From: an uncultured bacterium
GTDB lineage: Bacteria; Krumholzibacteriota; Krumholzibacteriia; Krumholzibacteriales; Krumholzibacteriaceae
Assembly: GCA_963813815.1 (NCBI GenBank)
Contig: CAWFAD010000008.1
Span: forward strand, 160,001 to 224,000
Reading direction: 5' to 3'
DNA length: 64,000 nucleotides
Of this stretch, positions 17,560-27,856 are shown in pieces; position 1 is the stretch's first letter, and every line of letters starts with the position of its first letter. A program made the position numbers and the translations under genes. The notes beneath the pieces are model-generated. The model was not told the origin of the DNA. It saw only the letters and a list, made by a program, of their open reading frames with translations, and did not search any database.

Positions 17560-18813
17560 ATGAACGCGCGGACTCCCATCGGACGCGTTGGAATCGTCCT
17601 CGCGGTCTCGCTAACCGTGTCGCTCCTCGTTTACGCGAGATCCTTCGACAACGGCTTTCGGAACGACGATTTCACATTCCTCGAGCATGTCGCCTCATCG
17701 CCGTTCCCCGAATGCATCATCCAGCCGAGCCATGAGTTCGCCTTCTACCGGCCCGGCGCCATATGCCTGTTCCTCGTCGAGCGCAGGCTCTTCGGGCTCG
17801 ACGGCGGCTTGTATATTCTCTTCAACTATCTCGTTCACCTCGCGATCGCCGGCCTCGGCATCGGCCTCTTGCTGGCGCTCGGGTTCGAGAGGAGCGTCGC
17901 CGTTCTCGCCGGCTCGCTCTTTCTCGTGGGCGCCGGGCATTACGGCAAGACGGTGATGTGGGCGAGCTGCGGCGGGGCGCTCTTCGCCTGGATGCTTTCG
18001 ATGATCGCCCTGACGCTCGCGGCGCGGTGGGCGAAGCGGCTCAAGGAATCCGTATCGATCGCTTTCCCCGGGGGATGGGCCCTCGCGGCGGGGGCCTTCG
18101 CGATCCTTCTCGGGGCCCCTTTCTTTCACGAGTCGGCGCTCGTCGCCGCCCCGCTTTCGATCTGCGTTCTCGCCTTCTTCGGCCGCTGTCCATGGAGACT
18201 GAAATTCATCTGCGCCGCGGCGATGGCTGCGGCCGCTCTTTTTCCGGCCGCCGTGTTTCTCGCCATTCGCGTCCGGTATCCGGTCTACGGAGTCTCCCCG
18301 GATGCCTTCCCGGCGGCCGCGGGGGCCGCGGTGCGCTACCTCGGGTTCATGGCCCTCCCCCTGCAACCGTCCGTTATCGCCGAGCGCGCGCCGGCCGCGG
18401 TCGAATTCCTCGCGATGCACATCCAGCCGGTCCAATTCGCGGCGGGCGCCTTTCTGCTCCTCGCGGCCGCCGCGTGGATCCTCTCCCCTCTCGCGCGGAG
18501 AAGGGTCGTGGGGATCTGGCTCGTGCTCGCGCTGTGCCCCTTCATGCTCGTGCCGATGCCGGAAGGGTATCTCGAGCTGCGGTACCTGTACGGCGCGTCG
18601 TTCCCCTTCTCGGTCCTCGCGGCCGAGGCCTTCCTCTCGGCGCTCCGGAGCCGAAGGAGAGCTGCGAGGATCTCCGGCTGGACGATGCTCGCGTACGCGA
18701 TCGTCGTCTCCGTCGCGCTCACGGCGATCCTGGAGGCGAAGTACGACGCCCGAGGCCGCGAGCGCGAGAGCATCGAGCGGCTCGAGGAGATCCGCTCGCT
18801 CAACCCTTTTTGA
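17560..18813 (+). CDS. Polytopic membrane protein, GT-C-fold glycosyltransferase-like
   Basis: N-terminal TM followed by 'F.NDDF..L' and 'FYRP'. 'FHESA' and 'RYLY' motifs, about 10 TM segments. Confidence 0.6.
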   Translation: MNARTPIGRVGIVLAVSLTVSLLVYARSFDNGFRNDDFTFLEHVASSPFPECIIQPSHEFAFYRPGAICLFLVERRLFGLDGGLYILFNYLVHLAIAGLGIGLLLALGFERSVAVLAGSLFLVGAGHYGKTVMWASCGGALFAWMLSMIALTLAARWAKRLKESVSIAFPGGWALAAGAFAILLGAPFFHESALVAAPLSICVLAFFGRCPWRLKFICAAAMAAAALFPAAVFLAIRVRYPVYGVSPDAFPAAAGAAVRYLGFMALPLQPSVIAERAPAAVEFLAMHIQPVQFAAGAFLLLAAAAWILSPLARRRVVGIWLVLALCPFMLVPMPEGYLELRYLYGASFPFSVLAAEAFLSALRSRRRAARISGWTMLAYAIVVSVALTAILEAKYDARGRERESIERLEEIRSLNPF

Positions 18814-18846
18814 TCGCGACCCTCCTCCCGTCGCGAACAAATCTCA

Positions 18847-18875
18847 TTGACATATAATCAGTTATGGCGTACAAT
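18847..18875 (+). promoter_or_regulatory. Near-consensus sigma70 promoter
   Basis: TTGACA (18847-18852), 17 nt, TACAAT (18870-18875). Confidence 0.8.
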
Positions 18876-18956
18876 GGAGCTCAATAGGGGAAGCGATCGA
18901 TCCATTCAATAGGCTCCGAGAGCGCTGCGTGCCGGGTTTTGCAAGGGGGTTCCGCC

Positions 18957-21482
18957 ATGCATGCTCATCCGCGTAAAGGGTTTGCCTTCGGCATGACGAA
19001 GTTGGCCGTTTCGTGCTTGCTGATGCTCCTTTCGAGCTCCAGCATCCTCGCCTCGAATAGGTTCTCATTCGATGCGTTCGAGATCTTTCCCGTGGATGCT
19101 CCGGTGAACATCTGCAGCGCCGATTTGAACGGGGACGGAATCGCGGATCTCGCGACCAACGGCCCGTGCATCTCGATCCTTTTCGGGATCGGAAACGGGA
19201 CGTTTCGGACGATGGTGCGGTACGTGCCGGACCCGGCTCGCGACGAATATCAGTCGCTCGTGGTCGCGGATTTCAACAAAGACGGCGCGACCGATCTCTC
19301 GATGGTGAGCCACGACTATCCCCCGATGCTCGTCATAGCTCTCAACGACGGGAGCGGCGGCTTCGAGCCGGGCATCTTGATTGCGCCGACCGCATACGCG
19401 GGCGGGCCTCAGAGCCTCGCCCTCTCCGATTTCAATGGGGACGGAAACGAAGACGTCGCGCTTCTTTACCGTGACAGCACGCCGGACTTCGTATCGATCT
19501 TCCTCGGCAACGGGGATGGAACGTTTCAGCCGGAGATCGTGACTGCCATCCCGACGGATTATACGAGTCTGAAGAACATCTGCGCGGCCGACTTCAACGG
19601 CGACGGCGACGCCGACGTCGCCTTCGCCGACTCATACAGCCTGAGCCTCATCGTCCTCTTGGGCCGGGGCGACGGGACCTTTCGCACGGGGCCGGTATGC
19701 AGCGACCTCCCCGAGACGCCGGGGGTCATGTCCGTCGCGGACGTGGATCTCGACGGCGACTGGGACATCGCGACCAACGGAAACGATTATTACGAAAGCG
19801 ATTACTATTTTTACGTCCTCCTCAACGCGGGAGACGGCGGATTCGACGACCTGTACACGAGCCCTCCTCAATCGTATCTCTACGGAGATCCGAAAGGCAT
19901 TTTTGCTTCGGATCTCGACGGAGACGGCGACGCCGACATGGTCGTGCTCCACTGGTACCACGTCACCCTTTTCGAGAATGACGGAGCGGGGGTCTATGCG
20001 TTGATCGGCGGATATGAGACCAATATGGATCCGCGCGCATGCGTCGGGGATTTCGATCGCGACGGCGATAGCGATATCGCTTACGCCTCCTCTAACAACG
20101 ACGCGACGATTCTCCTCAACAACGGCGACACCACGTTCCGCGACGCCGACTATTATTTGAAGAGCGAAATCACGGCATTGAGCTCCGCGGATTTCAACCG
20201 CGACGGCAAGCCGGATCTCGCGGCCTCGACCTTCTATGGAAAGCTCGCGATATACCTCGGCGACGGCGAGGGCGCGTTGCAGGAGACGGCCAATTATGTC
20301 TCGAGCCCCGAGGCGCAATGGGTCGACATCGCGGATTACAACGCCGACGCCTTCGCCGACATCGCCATCAGCAACGGATATCAGAACACGGTCTCCATCC
20401 TGCTCGGCAACGGAGACGGAACGCTCCGGCCCAAGACGGACTATGCGGCGGGAGGCGTAGCGGTACAGATCTGTTCGGCCGATCTCGACGGCGATGGGGC
20501 GGTCGACCTCGCCGCGGCGAACGTCGCTCCCTCGCAGATCAGCGTCCTCTTCGGAAACGGGGATGGAACCTTTCGAGCTCCCGTGGCATACGCGAGCCCG
20601 GCTGATCTGCCGCAGCCCTATTCCATATGCGCCGCGGATTTCGACGGCGACGGGGACGCGGATCTCGCCGTCGGCGCATATGAAACCACGTGGAGGGCGA
20701 TCTCCCTCGGAGTGTTCATGAATAACGGGGACGGAACGTTCCAATCCCCGGCGCTGTACCACTCCACCCGCACGCGGAGAGTCATCGCCTCCGACGTCGA
20801 TCATGACGGCGACGTCGACATCGTGGCGCTGCACAGCGAAGGGATCGCTATACACCTGAACAACGGGTACGGGACGTTCTCCGTGTTGGCCGAGTACGCA
20901 CTGGGCTATGCGGACTCCTTCTGCCTATCCGATTTCAACCTCGACGGAAAATTGGATATCGCGGCCTGCGGAGGGTTTAGCTATACGGTATGGGTCAATG
21001 GGCTTCATCTGCTGGCGGGAAACGGCGACGGGTCCTTCACGCCCCAGCAGACGTTCTTCGGACTCGGTCACGGCCGTTTGGTCGCCGGCGATCTCGAGAA
21101 CGACGGCGATCCGGATCTCATCATCGCGGACTCTTACAGAATCATGGTCACGCACAACCTGGCGTCCGTCGCGACGGCAATCGGCGGCGAAGCGGCGATG
21201 CCGGCCCTGCCGTTCCTGTCGCAGAACTTCCCCAATCCCTTCAATCCCAGCACCACGTTCAGGGTCTCGCTGTCCACGCCCGGTCATGCGCGAATCGTCG
21301 CGTACGACTCGGCGGGACGCTTGGTGGCAGTCATCGCCGATCGCTATTTTCCCGCGGGCGTTTCGGAGATTGTCTGGCACGGCAGGGACGAAAGGGGCGA
21401 AGCGCTCGCTTCGGGCGTTTATTTCGCGCGCATGACGATGAACGGACGCGCCCTGGCCAAGAAAGTCTTGCTGTTGCGATAG
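18957..21482 (+). CDS. Secreted FG-GAP/VCBS repeat beta-propeller protein with a C-terminal FlgD-Ig/T9SS-like domain
   Basis: About 13 ADFNGDGxxD...GNGDGTF repeats. C-terminus QNFPNPFNPSTT...WHGRDERG...ASGVYF...KKVLLLR. The start could be 18957 or 18993. Confidence 0.88.
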   Translation: MHAHPRKGFAFGMTKLAVSCLLMLLSSSSILASNRFSFDAFEIFPVDAPVNICSADLNGDGIADLATNGPCISILFGIGNGTFRTMVRYVPDPARDEYQSLVVADFNKDGATDLSMVSHDYPPMLVIALNDGSGGFEPGILIAPTAYAGGPQSLALSDFNGDGNEDVALLYRDSTPDFVSIFLGNGDGTFQPEIVTAIPTDYTSLKNICAADFNGDGDADVAFADSYSLSLIVLLGRGDGTFRTGPVCSDLPETPGVMSVADVDLDGDWDIATNGNDYYESDYYFYVLLNAGDGGFDDLYTSPPQSYLYGDPKGIFASDLDGDGDADMVVLHWYHVTLFENDGAGVYALIGGYETNMDPRACVGDFDRDGDSDIAYASSNNDATILLNNGDTTFRDADYYLKSEITALSSADFNRDGKPDLAASTFYGKLAIYLGDGEGALQETANYVSSPEAQWVDIADYNADAFADIAISNGYQNTVSILLGNGDGTLRPKTDYAAGGVAVQICSADLDGDGAVDLAAANVAPSQISVLFGNGDGTFRAPVAYASPADLPQPYSICAADFDGDGDADLAVGAYETTWRAISLGVFMNNGDGTFQSPALYHSTRTRRVIASDVDHDGDVDIVALHSEGIAIHLNNGYGTFSVLAEYALGYADSFCLSDFNLDGKLDIAACGGFSYTVWVNGLHLLAGNGDGSFTPQQTFFGLGHGRLVAGDLENDGDPDLIIADSYRIMVTHNLASVATAIGGEAAMPALPFLSQNFPNPFNPSTTFRVSLSTPGHARIVAYDSAGRLVAVIADRYFPAGVSEIVWHGRDERGEALASGVYFARMTMNGRALAKKVLLLR

Positions 21483-21520
21483 CGGCGGAGAGAGAGATCG
21501 CGCCGCGCGGATTCCGGAAC

Positions 21521-22765
21521 TCAACCCTTCTTGATCGTGATGTTTCCGTTCACCGTCTTGATCCGGACGAGGTGATCGCCGCCGCCGACAGCGCCCGTGC
21601 CGCGGATGTGCCGGTGCTTGTTTCCCCAGTGCCCCTCCCAGTCGGCCGTTTCCTTGCGCTCCATGGGAAAATCGCTCTCGATGCGGTAGCGGCCCTCTTT
21701 CCCCTTGGAAAACTGCAGATCGATGTCGAACTCCATCGAAAGGCCCTCGGGCACGACGAGCGTGATGTCTCCGCCCATCGACGAGATCTCGACGTCGCGC
21801 TTTCCCTGCTTCGGGTCGCCCGTCATTCTGACGTCGACGTCGCCGCCCATCGTCGAAACGTCCACCCATCCGTCGACCGCCCCGACCTCGATGTCGCCGC
21901 CCATCGTGTTCGCCTTGACGAAGTTTCCCGCCGAGAGAATCTCGATGTCGCCGCCCATCGTCGAGGCCGTCGCGCCGCCCGGCGCATCCGCGATGTTCAC
22001 GTCGCCGCCCATCGTCGAGACGTTCACCGCCTCGCCCCCCGCGACGTCGACGTCTCCGCCGTACGTTTTCGCCCTGACGTTCCGGTCCGTCTTCTCGATG
22101 ACGATATCGCCGCCCATCGTTCTCAGGTTCACTTCGTCGTCGGCGCTTCCGTCGGGACGGCCGGTGACGTTGCGATAGACGACTTTTCCGCCCATCGTGG
22201 AGCCCTTGAGGTTCCCCTTCACGTCCTCTATGAGAATGCTTCCGCCCATCGTGCTCACTTTCCCGTCCGCCTCGCATTCCCGCACCGTCACCGAACCGCC
22301 CATCGTTTCGAGATCGACGTCGCCCTTCACGCGGGAGAGATCGATGTCGCCTCCCATCGTCGAGCCCCCGATCTCACCGGCGACTCCCTCGATATCCACG
22401 GAGCCGCCCTTCGATTCGATCGAGACGTCGAATCGCTCCGGCACCTTGATGACGAAGCGCACGTCCGAGTCGCAGCCCCAGCGCCCCGAGCAGTGCGAAT
22501 GAATCTTGAGGCTCCGGACGCCCGGATCGAAATCGACGCGCACGTCCTCGGCGTCCTTCCCCTTGATCTCGGCCGTGACGGATATCTCTTCTTTCGCCCA
22601 GCCGGCGATTTCGAGGGAGCCACCCGTGTCGAGATCGAGCACGAGCCGGCCTTCCATCTTGACGGGAAACGTCTTCTCGATCGTGGCCGGCTTCGCCGCG
22701 GATTCGCGCGCACCGGCGGCCGAGACGACGATCATGACGAGCGAGAGCGCCAGCGGGTATTTCAT
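21521..22765 (-). CDS. Exported DUF4097-like (putative adhesin) beta-solenoid repeat protein
   Basis: Signal peptide. About 11 (S/T)(M/Y)GG(D/S)(I/V) repeats. Ends with IKTVNGNITIKK. AGGAG SD upstream. Confidence 0.8.
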   Translation of the reverse strand: MKYPLALSLVMIVVSAAGARESAAKPATIEKTFPVKMEGRLVLDLDTGGSLEIAGWAKEEISVTAEIKGKDAEDVRVDFDPGVRSLKIHSHCSGRWGCDSDVRFVIKVPERFDVSIESKGGSVDIEGVAGEIGGSTMGGDIDLSRVKGDVDLETMGGSVTVRECEADGKVSTMGGSILIEDVKGNLKGSTMGGKVVYRNVTGRPDGSADDEVNLRTMGGDIVIEKTDRNVRAKTYGGDVDVAGGEAVNVSTMGGDVNIADAPGGATASTMGGDIEILSAGNFVKANTMGGDIEVGAVDGWVDVSTMGGDVDVRMTGDPKQGKRDVEISSMGGDITLVVPEGLSMEFDIDLQFSKGKEGRYRIESDFPMERKETADWEGHWGNKHRHIRGTGAVGGGDHLVRIKTVNGNITIKKG

Positions 22766-22899
22766 ATCGAGGCTCCTTTCGAGGTGGTCGAACGCCGTAC
22801 CTCTCATACTACGGCGCGGCGCACCCCGTGTTTCAGCGTTTTTCGACTCTCTCCCTTTTGCCTTTTCCCGGCGGCCAATCGCATGTTACAATGCGGCTT

Positions 22900-24630
22900 A
22901 TGAACGTGCGCATCGCCCTCGCACAGGTCAACCCCACGGTCGGCGATCTCGCGGGAAACGCCGCGCTCGCCCGGCGCCTGACGGCTGAGGCGAAGCGTCT
23001 CGGGTGCGGCCTCGTCGCCTTCCCCGAGCTGATGCTCTGCGGATACCCGCCGGAGGACCTCCTCCTCAAGCCGCGCTTTCTCGAGGACTGCGAGAGAACG
23101 CTCCGGCGCCTCGCCCGGGAGACCAGCGGCATCGCCGTTCTCATCGGCGCCCCCGCGCCGGCGGAGATCCCCGGCGGCCGCCCCTACAACGCGTGCCGCC
23201 TCCTCGTCGACGGCCGGATCGCCGCCACGTACCGCAAGATCAACCTCCCGAACTACGGCGTGTTCGACGAGCAGCGCTACTTCGAGCAGGGTCGGCTCGC
23301 GCTCGTCGCCCGCTTCGGCCGCGTGCCGGTCGCCGTCAACATCTGCGAGGACATCTGGGTGGAGGACGGCCCGGCGGAGGCGCAGACGGAGCTCGGCGGG
23401 GCGCGGATCGTCGTCAACATTTCCGCCTCGCCCTACCACCGCGGCAAGGGCCGGGAGCGCGAGCGCCTCATGCGGCGGCGCGCGCGGGAGAACGGATGCT
23501 GGCTCTGCTACCTCAACCTCGTCGGCGGTCAGGACGAGCTCGTTTTCGACGGCTGCAGCGTCGTCGCCGATCCCGCCGGCCGCACGATCGCCCGCGGAAA
23601 GCAGTTCGAGGAGGATCTCCTCGTCGTCGACATCGATCCCGGCTCCGCGCCGGCCCGCCGGCGGCGGCCGGCCCGCCGGGCGGCGCGCCACATCGTCGAG
23701 ATCGTCGATCTGCCGGCGCTCCGGAGCGCGCGCGGCGCGCGGGCGCGGCGGCGCGTCGAACCGCACCCGCAGCCGATCGAGGAGGTCTACCGGGCGCTCG
23801 TCCTCGGCACGCGCGACTACGTCGAGAAGAACGGATTCTCGGGGGTCGTTCTCGGGATGAGCGGAGGAGTCGACTCGGCGCTCGTCGGAGCGATCGCCGC
23901 GGACGCCCTCGGCGAGGATCGCGTCGTCGCCGTCACCATGCCTTCGCCCTTCACCTCGCCCGAAACGCTTCGCGACGCGCGCGCGGTGTGCCGCAACCTC
24001 CGGCTGCGGATGATCGAGGCGCCGATTCACGCCGTCTACGAGTCGTTCATCGACACGATGCGACCCGCCTTCTCCGGAAAGCGTCCGGACGTCACCGAGG
24101 AGAATATCCAGGCGCGCGTCCGCGGTAACATTCTCATGGCGCTCTCGAACAAGTTCGGCTGGCTCGTGCTCACGACGGGAAACAAGAGCGAGCTCGCCAC
24201 CGGCTACTGCACGCTCTACGGCGACATGGCCGGCGGGTTCGCCGTCATCAAGGACGTGCCGAAGACCCTCGTCTATCCGCTCTGCCGCTACCGCAACGCG
24301 CGGGCGCGGCGGCGGGTCATTCCGTCCTCCGTGTTGCGGCGACGCCCCACGGCGGAGCTCAGGGCGGGCCAGTGCGACGAGGACACGCTCCCGCCCTATC
24401 CCGTCCTCGACCGCATCATCGAGCTCTACGTCGAGCGGGACCGGAGCTTCGACGAGATCGTCGCCTCGGGGCTCGACCGCGCCGTCGTGCGGCGGACGCT
24501 CGGCATGATCGACGGGAGCGAGTACAAGCGCCGCCAGGGCGCCCCGGGCATCAAGATCACGCCGAAGGCCTTCGGCCGCGACCGGCGGCTTCCCATCACG
24601 AACCGCTACCGCGGGGCCGGCCATGACTGA
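22900..24630 (+). CDS. nadE: Glutamine-dependent NAD+ synthetase
   Basis: Nitrilase domain (FPEL, YRK..LPNYGVFDE, ICEDIW) plus synthetase motifs SGGVDS, ENIQAR, TGNKSE and SEYKRRQ. Confidence 0.96.
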   Translation: MNVRIALAQVNPTVGDLAGNAALARRLTAEAKRLGCGLVAFPELMLCGYPPEDLLLKPRFLEDCERTLRRLARETSGIAVLIGAPAPAEIPGGRPYNACRLLVDGRIAATYRKINLPNYGVFDEQRYFEQGRLALVARFGRVPVAVNICEDIWVEDGPAEAQTELGGARIVVNISASPYHRGKGRERERLMRRRARENGCWLCYLNLVGGQDELVFDGCSVVADPAGRTIARGKQFEEDLLVVDIDPGSAPARRRRPARRAARHIVEIVDLPALRSARGARARRRVEPHPQPIEEVYRALVLGTRDYVEKNGFSGVVLGMSGGVDSALVGAIAADALGEDRVVAVTMPSPFTSPETLRDARAVCRNLRLRMIEAPIHAVYESFIDTMRPAFSGKRPDVTEENIQARVRGNILMALSNKFGWLVLTTGNKSELATGYCTLYGDMAGGFAVIKDVPKTLVYPLCRYRNARARRRVIPSSVLRRRPTAELRAGQCDEDTLPPYPVLDRIIELYVERDRSFDEIVASGLDRAVVRRTLGMIDGSEYKRRQGAPGIKITPKAFGRDRRLPITNRYRGAGHD

Positions 24631-25102
24631 CCTCGCGATCCGGCCCTTTCGCCCCGAGGACAAGCCCGGCGTCGTCTCCATCATCGAATCGGTCTACCGC
24701 GTCTACGGCTACCGGCTCGACTTCGATCACTTCGACGCGGATCTCGTCGACGTCCAGACGACGTACCAGGACGCGGGGGGAGAGTTCTGGGCGGCGGACG
24801 AGGGCGGCTCGGTCGCCGGCTGCGTCGGCGTCCTGCCGCACGGGGCGGACGAGTGCGAGCTCAAGCGCCTCTACGTCGCCGGGGCGCGCCGCCGCCGCGG
24901 GCTCGCGACGCGGCTCCTCGCGACGGCGCGCGGATGGGCGATCTCGAGGGGATACCGGCGGATGATTCTCTGGTCGGACGTGCTGCTCGCGGCCGCGCAC
25001 ACCCTCTACCTCAAGAGCGGATTTCGGGCGACGAACGAGACGCGCGCGATCGATCCCACCAACCCGACGAGCGTCGAGCGGCGCTTCGAGATCGACCTCT
25101 AG
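24623..25102 (+). CDS. GNAT family N-acetyltransferase
   Basis: ELKRLYV...RRRGLA acetyl-CoA motif and LY...GF. Overlaps the nadE stop. Confidence 0.85.
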   Translation: MTDLAIRPFRPEDKPGVVSIIESVYRVYGYRLDFDHFDADLVDVQTTYQDAGGEFWAADEGGSVAGCVGVLPHGADECELKRLYVAGARRRRGLATRLLATARGWAISRGYRRMILWSDVLLAAAHTLYLKSGFRATNETRAIDPTNPTSVERRFEIDL

Positions 25103-26370
25103 ACCTCCGTCCCGTTTTCCAGCGTGGCGCCCTTCGGCACGACGATGATGCCGCCGCGGATGTAGAAGCGTTCGGCGGGGTCGTCGTACGAGTCGAGCTT
25201 TTTTCTGTTCTCGAGGACGACGCCGTCGCCGATGCGGGCGTTCTTGTCGACGATGGCGCGCCGTATCCGGCAACGCTCGCCGATCCCGAGCGGCACCTTC
25301 CCCTTCGCCTCCCACGGCAGCTCGTAGAGGTCGGACCCCATCACGATCGCGTCGGAGATCCGCGTGCCGGCGCCGACCCGCGTCCGGACGCCGATGATCG
25401 AGCGGCGGATCACGGCGCTCTCGATGATGGCCCCGCCCCCGAGGATGGAGCGCTCGATCGTGCCGCGGTTCACCTTGGGGCCCGGCAGCGAGCGGCAGTG
25501 CGTGTAGAGGGGATGGTGCTCGTCGAAGAGGTTGTAGGGCGGAAGCGGCTCGAGGAGATCCATGTGCGCCTCGTAGAACGTGCGGATCGTCCCGATGTCC
25601 TCCCAGTAGCCGTCGAAGAGGTAGGCGCGCACGTCGAGGGAGGGGAGCGCGTGGGGAATGATCTCCTTCGCGAAATCGATGAGCCGCTGCTCGCGCTCGA
25701 GCACGTCGCGCAGGACGTCGAACTTGAAAAGATAGACGCCCATCGATCCGAGGTAGGGCCGCCGCTTCGCCTCGGCCGCGGAGAGCCCGAGGGTGCGCGT
25801 GTTCGTGCGCATCTCCGCGAGAAACTTCCCGCGGGGCTTCTCGTGAAACTCGGTGATCTTTCCCTTCCCGTCCGCCCGCAGCACGCCGAGCTCGTGGGCG
25901 CGCGAGGTCGGGACGGGCTTCACCGCGATCGTGATGTCGGAGCCGAGGAACCGGTGGCGCGCGAGAAAATCGACGTAGTCCATCCGGTACAGGTGGTCCC
26001 CCGACAGGATGAGCACTTCCCGCGGCCCGTGCGTCGCGACATGCGGCAGCACCTTCCGCACGGCGTCGGCCGTCCCCTGGAACCAGTCGATCGAGGAGGG
26101 CGTCTGCTCCGCGGCGAAGATCTCGACGAAGCCGCCGCTGAAGATGTCGAAACGGTACGTCCGCGAGATGTGCTGGTTGAGGGAGGCCGAGTTGTACTGC
26201 GTGAGCACGTAGATGCGGTCGATCCCCGAGTTGATGCAGTTCGAGATCGTGACGTCGACGAGCCGGTAGCTCCCCGCGAGCGGCACGGCCGGCTTCGAGC
26301 GCATCCGGGTGAGCGGAAAGAGCCGCGTGCCTCTTCCGCCGCCGAGTATGAGGGCGATCACGTCGCGCAT
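25099..26370 (-). CDS. glgC: Glucose-1-phosphate adenylyltransferase
   Basis: Motifs GGGRGTRLFPLT..RSKPAVP, WFQGTADAVR, SGDHLYRMDY, FHEKP and YWEDIGT. Confidence 0.96.
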   Translation of the reverse strand: MRDVIALILGGGRGTRLFPLTRMRSKPAVPLAGSYRLVDVTISNCINSGIDRIYVLTQYNSASLNQHISRTYRFDIFSGGFVEIFAAEQTPSSIDWFQGTADAVRKVLPHVATHGPREVLILSGDHLYRMDYVDFLARHRFLGSDITIAVKPVPTSRAHELGVLRADGKGKITEFHEKPRGKFLAEMRTNTRTLGLSAAEAKRRPYLGSMGVYLFKFDVLRDVLEREQRLIDFAKEIIPHALPSLDVRAYLFDGYWEDIGTIRTFYEAHMDLLEPLPPYNLFDEHHPLYTHCRSLPGPKVNRGTIERSILGGGAIIESAVIRRSIIGVRTRVGAGTRISDAIVMGSDLYELPWEAKGKVPLGIGERCRIRRAIVDKNARIGDGVVLENRKKLDSYDDPAERFYIRGGIIVVPKGATLENGTEV

Positions 26371-26425
26371 GAGGGCTCCCTCGCGGACCCCGCGGCGCCT
26401 CGCGGCGCCGCGGTCCGTCCGCCGG

Positions 26426-27844
26426 TCACTGCTGTTCGAGCTCGATCACGTTCACCGCTCCGAAGTCCGAGAGCGGCCGGTCGAAGAGCTCCGCGTTTCC
26501 CACGAAGAGCATCGTAAGCCTGTCGGGCGCGAGGTACTTCTCCGCCGCGGCCTTGATGTCGGCCGCGGTGAGCTTCGCGTACGTATCGAGATCGAGCTTC
26601 GGCGTGTCGAGCGGCCGGCCCTCGAAACGGAGAGTCACGAGCCGCATCATGACTTGAACCTTCGACTCGTAATCGAACACCTGGCCGTTGACGTAGAAAT
26701 CGACGGCCTTCTCGACCTCGTCCTCGCTCGGCCCCTGCTCCCGCATCCGCTTCATGAGATCGATCATGATCCGCGTCGCGCGGCTGCACGCGTCCCCCTT
26801 CGTCTGGGCGGAGGCGGCGAAGGTCCCCTTCGCGAACGCGTCGGCCGAGTATCGCGATCCAGCGTGGTACGCGAGCCCCTCGTCGCTACGCACCTTTTCG
26901 GTGATCCAGGAGGTGAAGCTCCCGCCGCCGAGAACGAAGTTCATGATGTTGACGGCGCAGCGGTCCGGATTCTTCGCGTTGATGCCCTCGTGCCCGAGGG
27001 TGACGTACGCCTGATTGATGTCCATGTAGGCGTAGTTGACGCTCGAGGCCGGCGTCGCGGCGACGTCGGGAACGCCCGGGATCGAAACATTCGCCCCTGC
27101 CCAGCCGGCGAACGCCGTCTCGAGGGCCGCGACGATCTCCTCCCGCGTCACGTCCCCGCTCACGCCGATAATGGCGTTCGCGGGATGGAAGTAGGTCTCG
27201 TGGAATTTCACGAGATCGGCGCGGGAGATCGCGTTCACCGACGCCGTGCCGTACTCCCAGCCGTACGGATGCTCCCCGTACACGAGCTTCGCGAACTCGC
27301 GCCGCGAGACGGCGTTGGGCTCGTCGTTCTTCCGGCGGATTTCCTCGAGCAGGGTCTTGCGTTTCATCTCGATTTTGTCCTCGGGAAACGCCGGGTTCAT
27401 GACGAGATCGGCGAAGATCCCGAGAACCCGCGGCAGATCCTTCTTCATGCAGGTGAACGAGATCTGCGTGTTGAGCGGGGCGCCGCGCACTTCGACGAAG
27501 GCCGCGAGAAACTCGAGCTCGTCGTTGAGCTTGTCGGCGGGCCAGGCGGCGCTGCCGCCGTTGCGCATGACCCACCGCGCCATCTCGTCGAGCCCGCAGA
27601 CGCCGCGATCGGCGAAGTACGTTTTGACGAGAAGCACGCCGCTCACGACGGGGATCTCGTGATCCTCGACGAAGAAGCCGGCGAGACCGTTCGAGAGCGC
27701 TATCTCGACCGTCTCCGGCGTCTTGACCGAGAGCGGCGCGTAGACGAGCTTGCTCGGGTGCGGGCGCTTGCCCGCCTCAGCGAGCGAGGCGAACGAGACC
27801 GCGAGGACCGCGGCCAGAACGACGATCAAGGCTTTGCTGCGCAT
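26426..27844 (-). CDS. M16B peptidase, non-catalytic partner subunit (exported)
   Basis: Signal peptide and M16 fold (LSNGL, LGGGSFTS...VRSDEGLAY R/Y pair). Lacks HxxEH. Confidence 0.88.
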   Translation of the reverse strand: MRSKALIVVLAAVLAVSFASLAEAGKRPHPSKLVYAPLSVKTPETVEIALSNGLAGFFVEDHEIPVVSGVLLVKTYFADRGVCGLDEMARWVMRNGGSAAWPADKLNDELEFLAAFVEVRGAPLNTQISFTCMKKDLPRVLGIFADLVMNPAFPEDKIEMKRKTLLEEIRRKNDEPNAVSRREFAKLVYGEHPYGWEYGTASVNAISRADLVKFHETYFHPANAIIGVSGDVTREEIVAALETAFAGWAGANVSIPGVPDVAATPASSVNYAYMDINQAYVTLGHEGINAKNPDRCAVNIMNFVLGGGSFTSWITEKVRSDEGLAYHAGSRYSADAFAKGTFAASAQTKGDACSRATRIMIDLMKRMREQGPSEDEVEKAVDFYVNGQVFDYESKVQVMMRLVTLRFEGRPLDTPKLDLDTYAKLTAADIKAAAEKYLAPDRLTMLFVGNAELFDRPLSDFGAVNVIELEQQ

Positions 27845-27856
27845 CGCACCTCTCCT

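Noticed and set aside
21770..22370. Regularly spaced GCCGCCCATCGT DNA repeats as a CRISPR array or DGR template
   Set aside because: They are codons for the TMGG protein repeats inside an intact ORF. Their length and spacing do not fit CRISPR, and no cas or reverse transcriptase gene is present.
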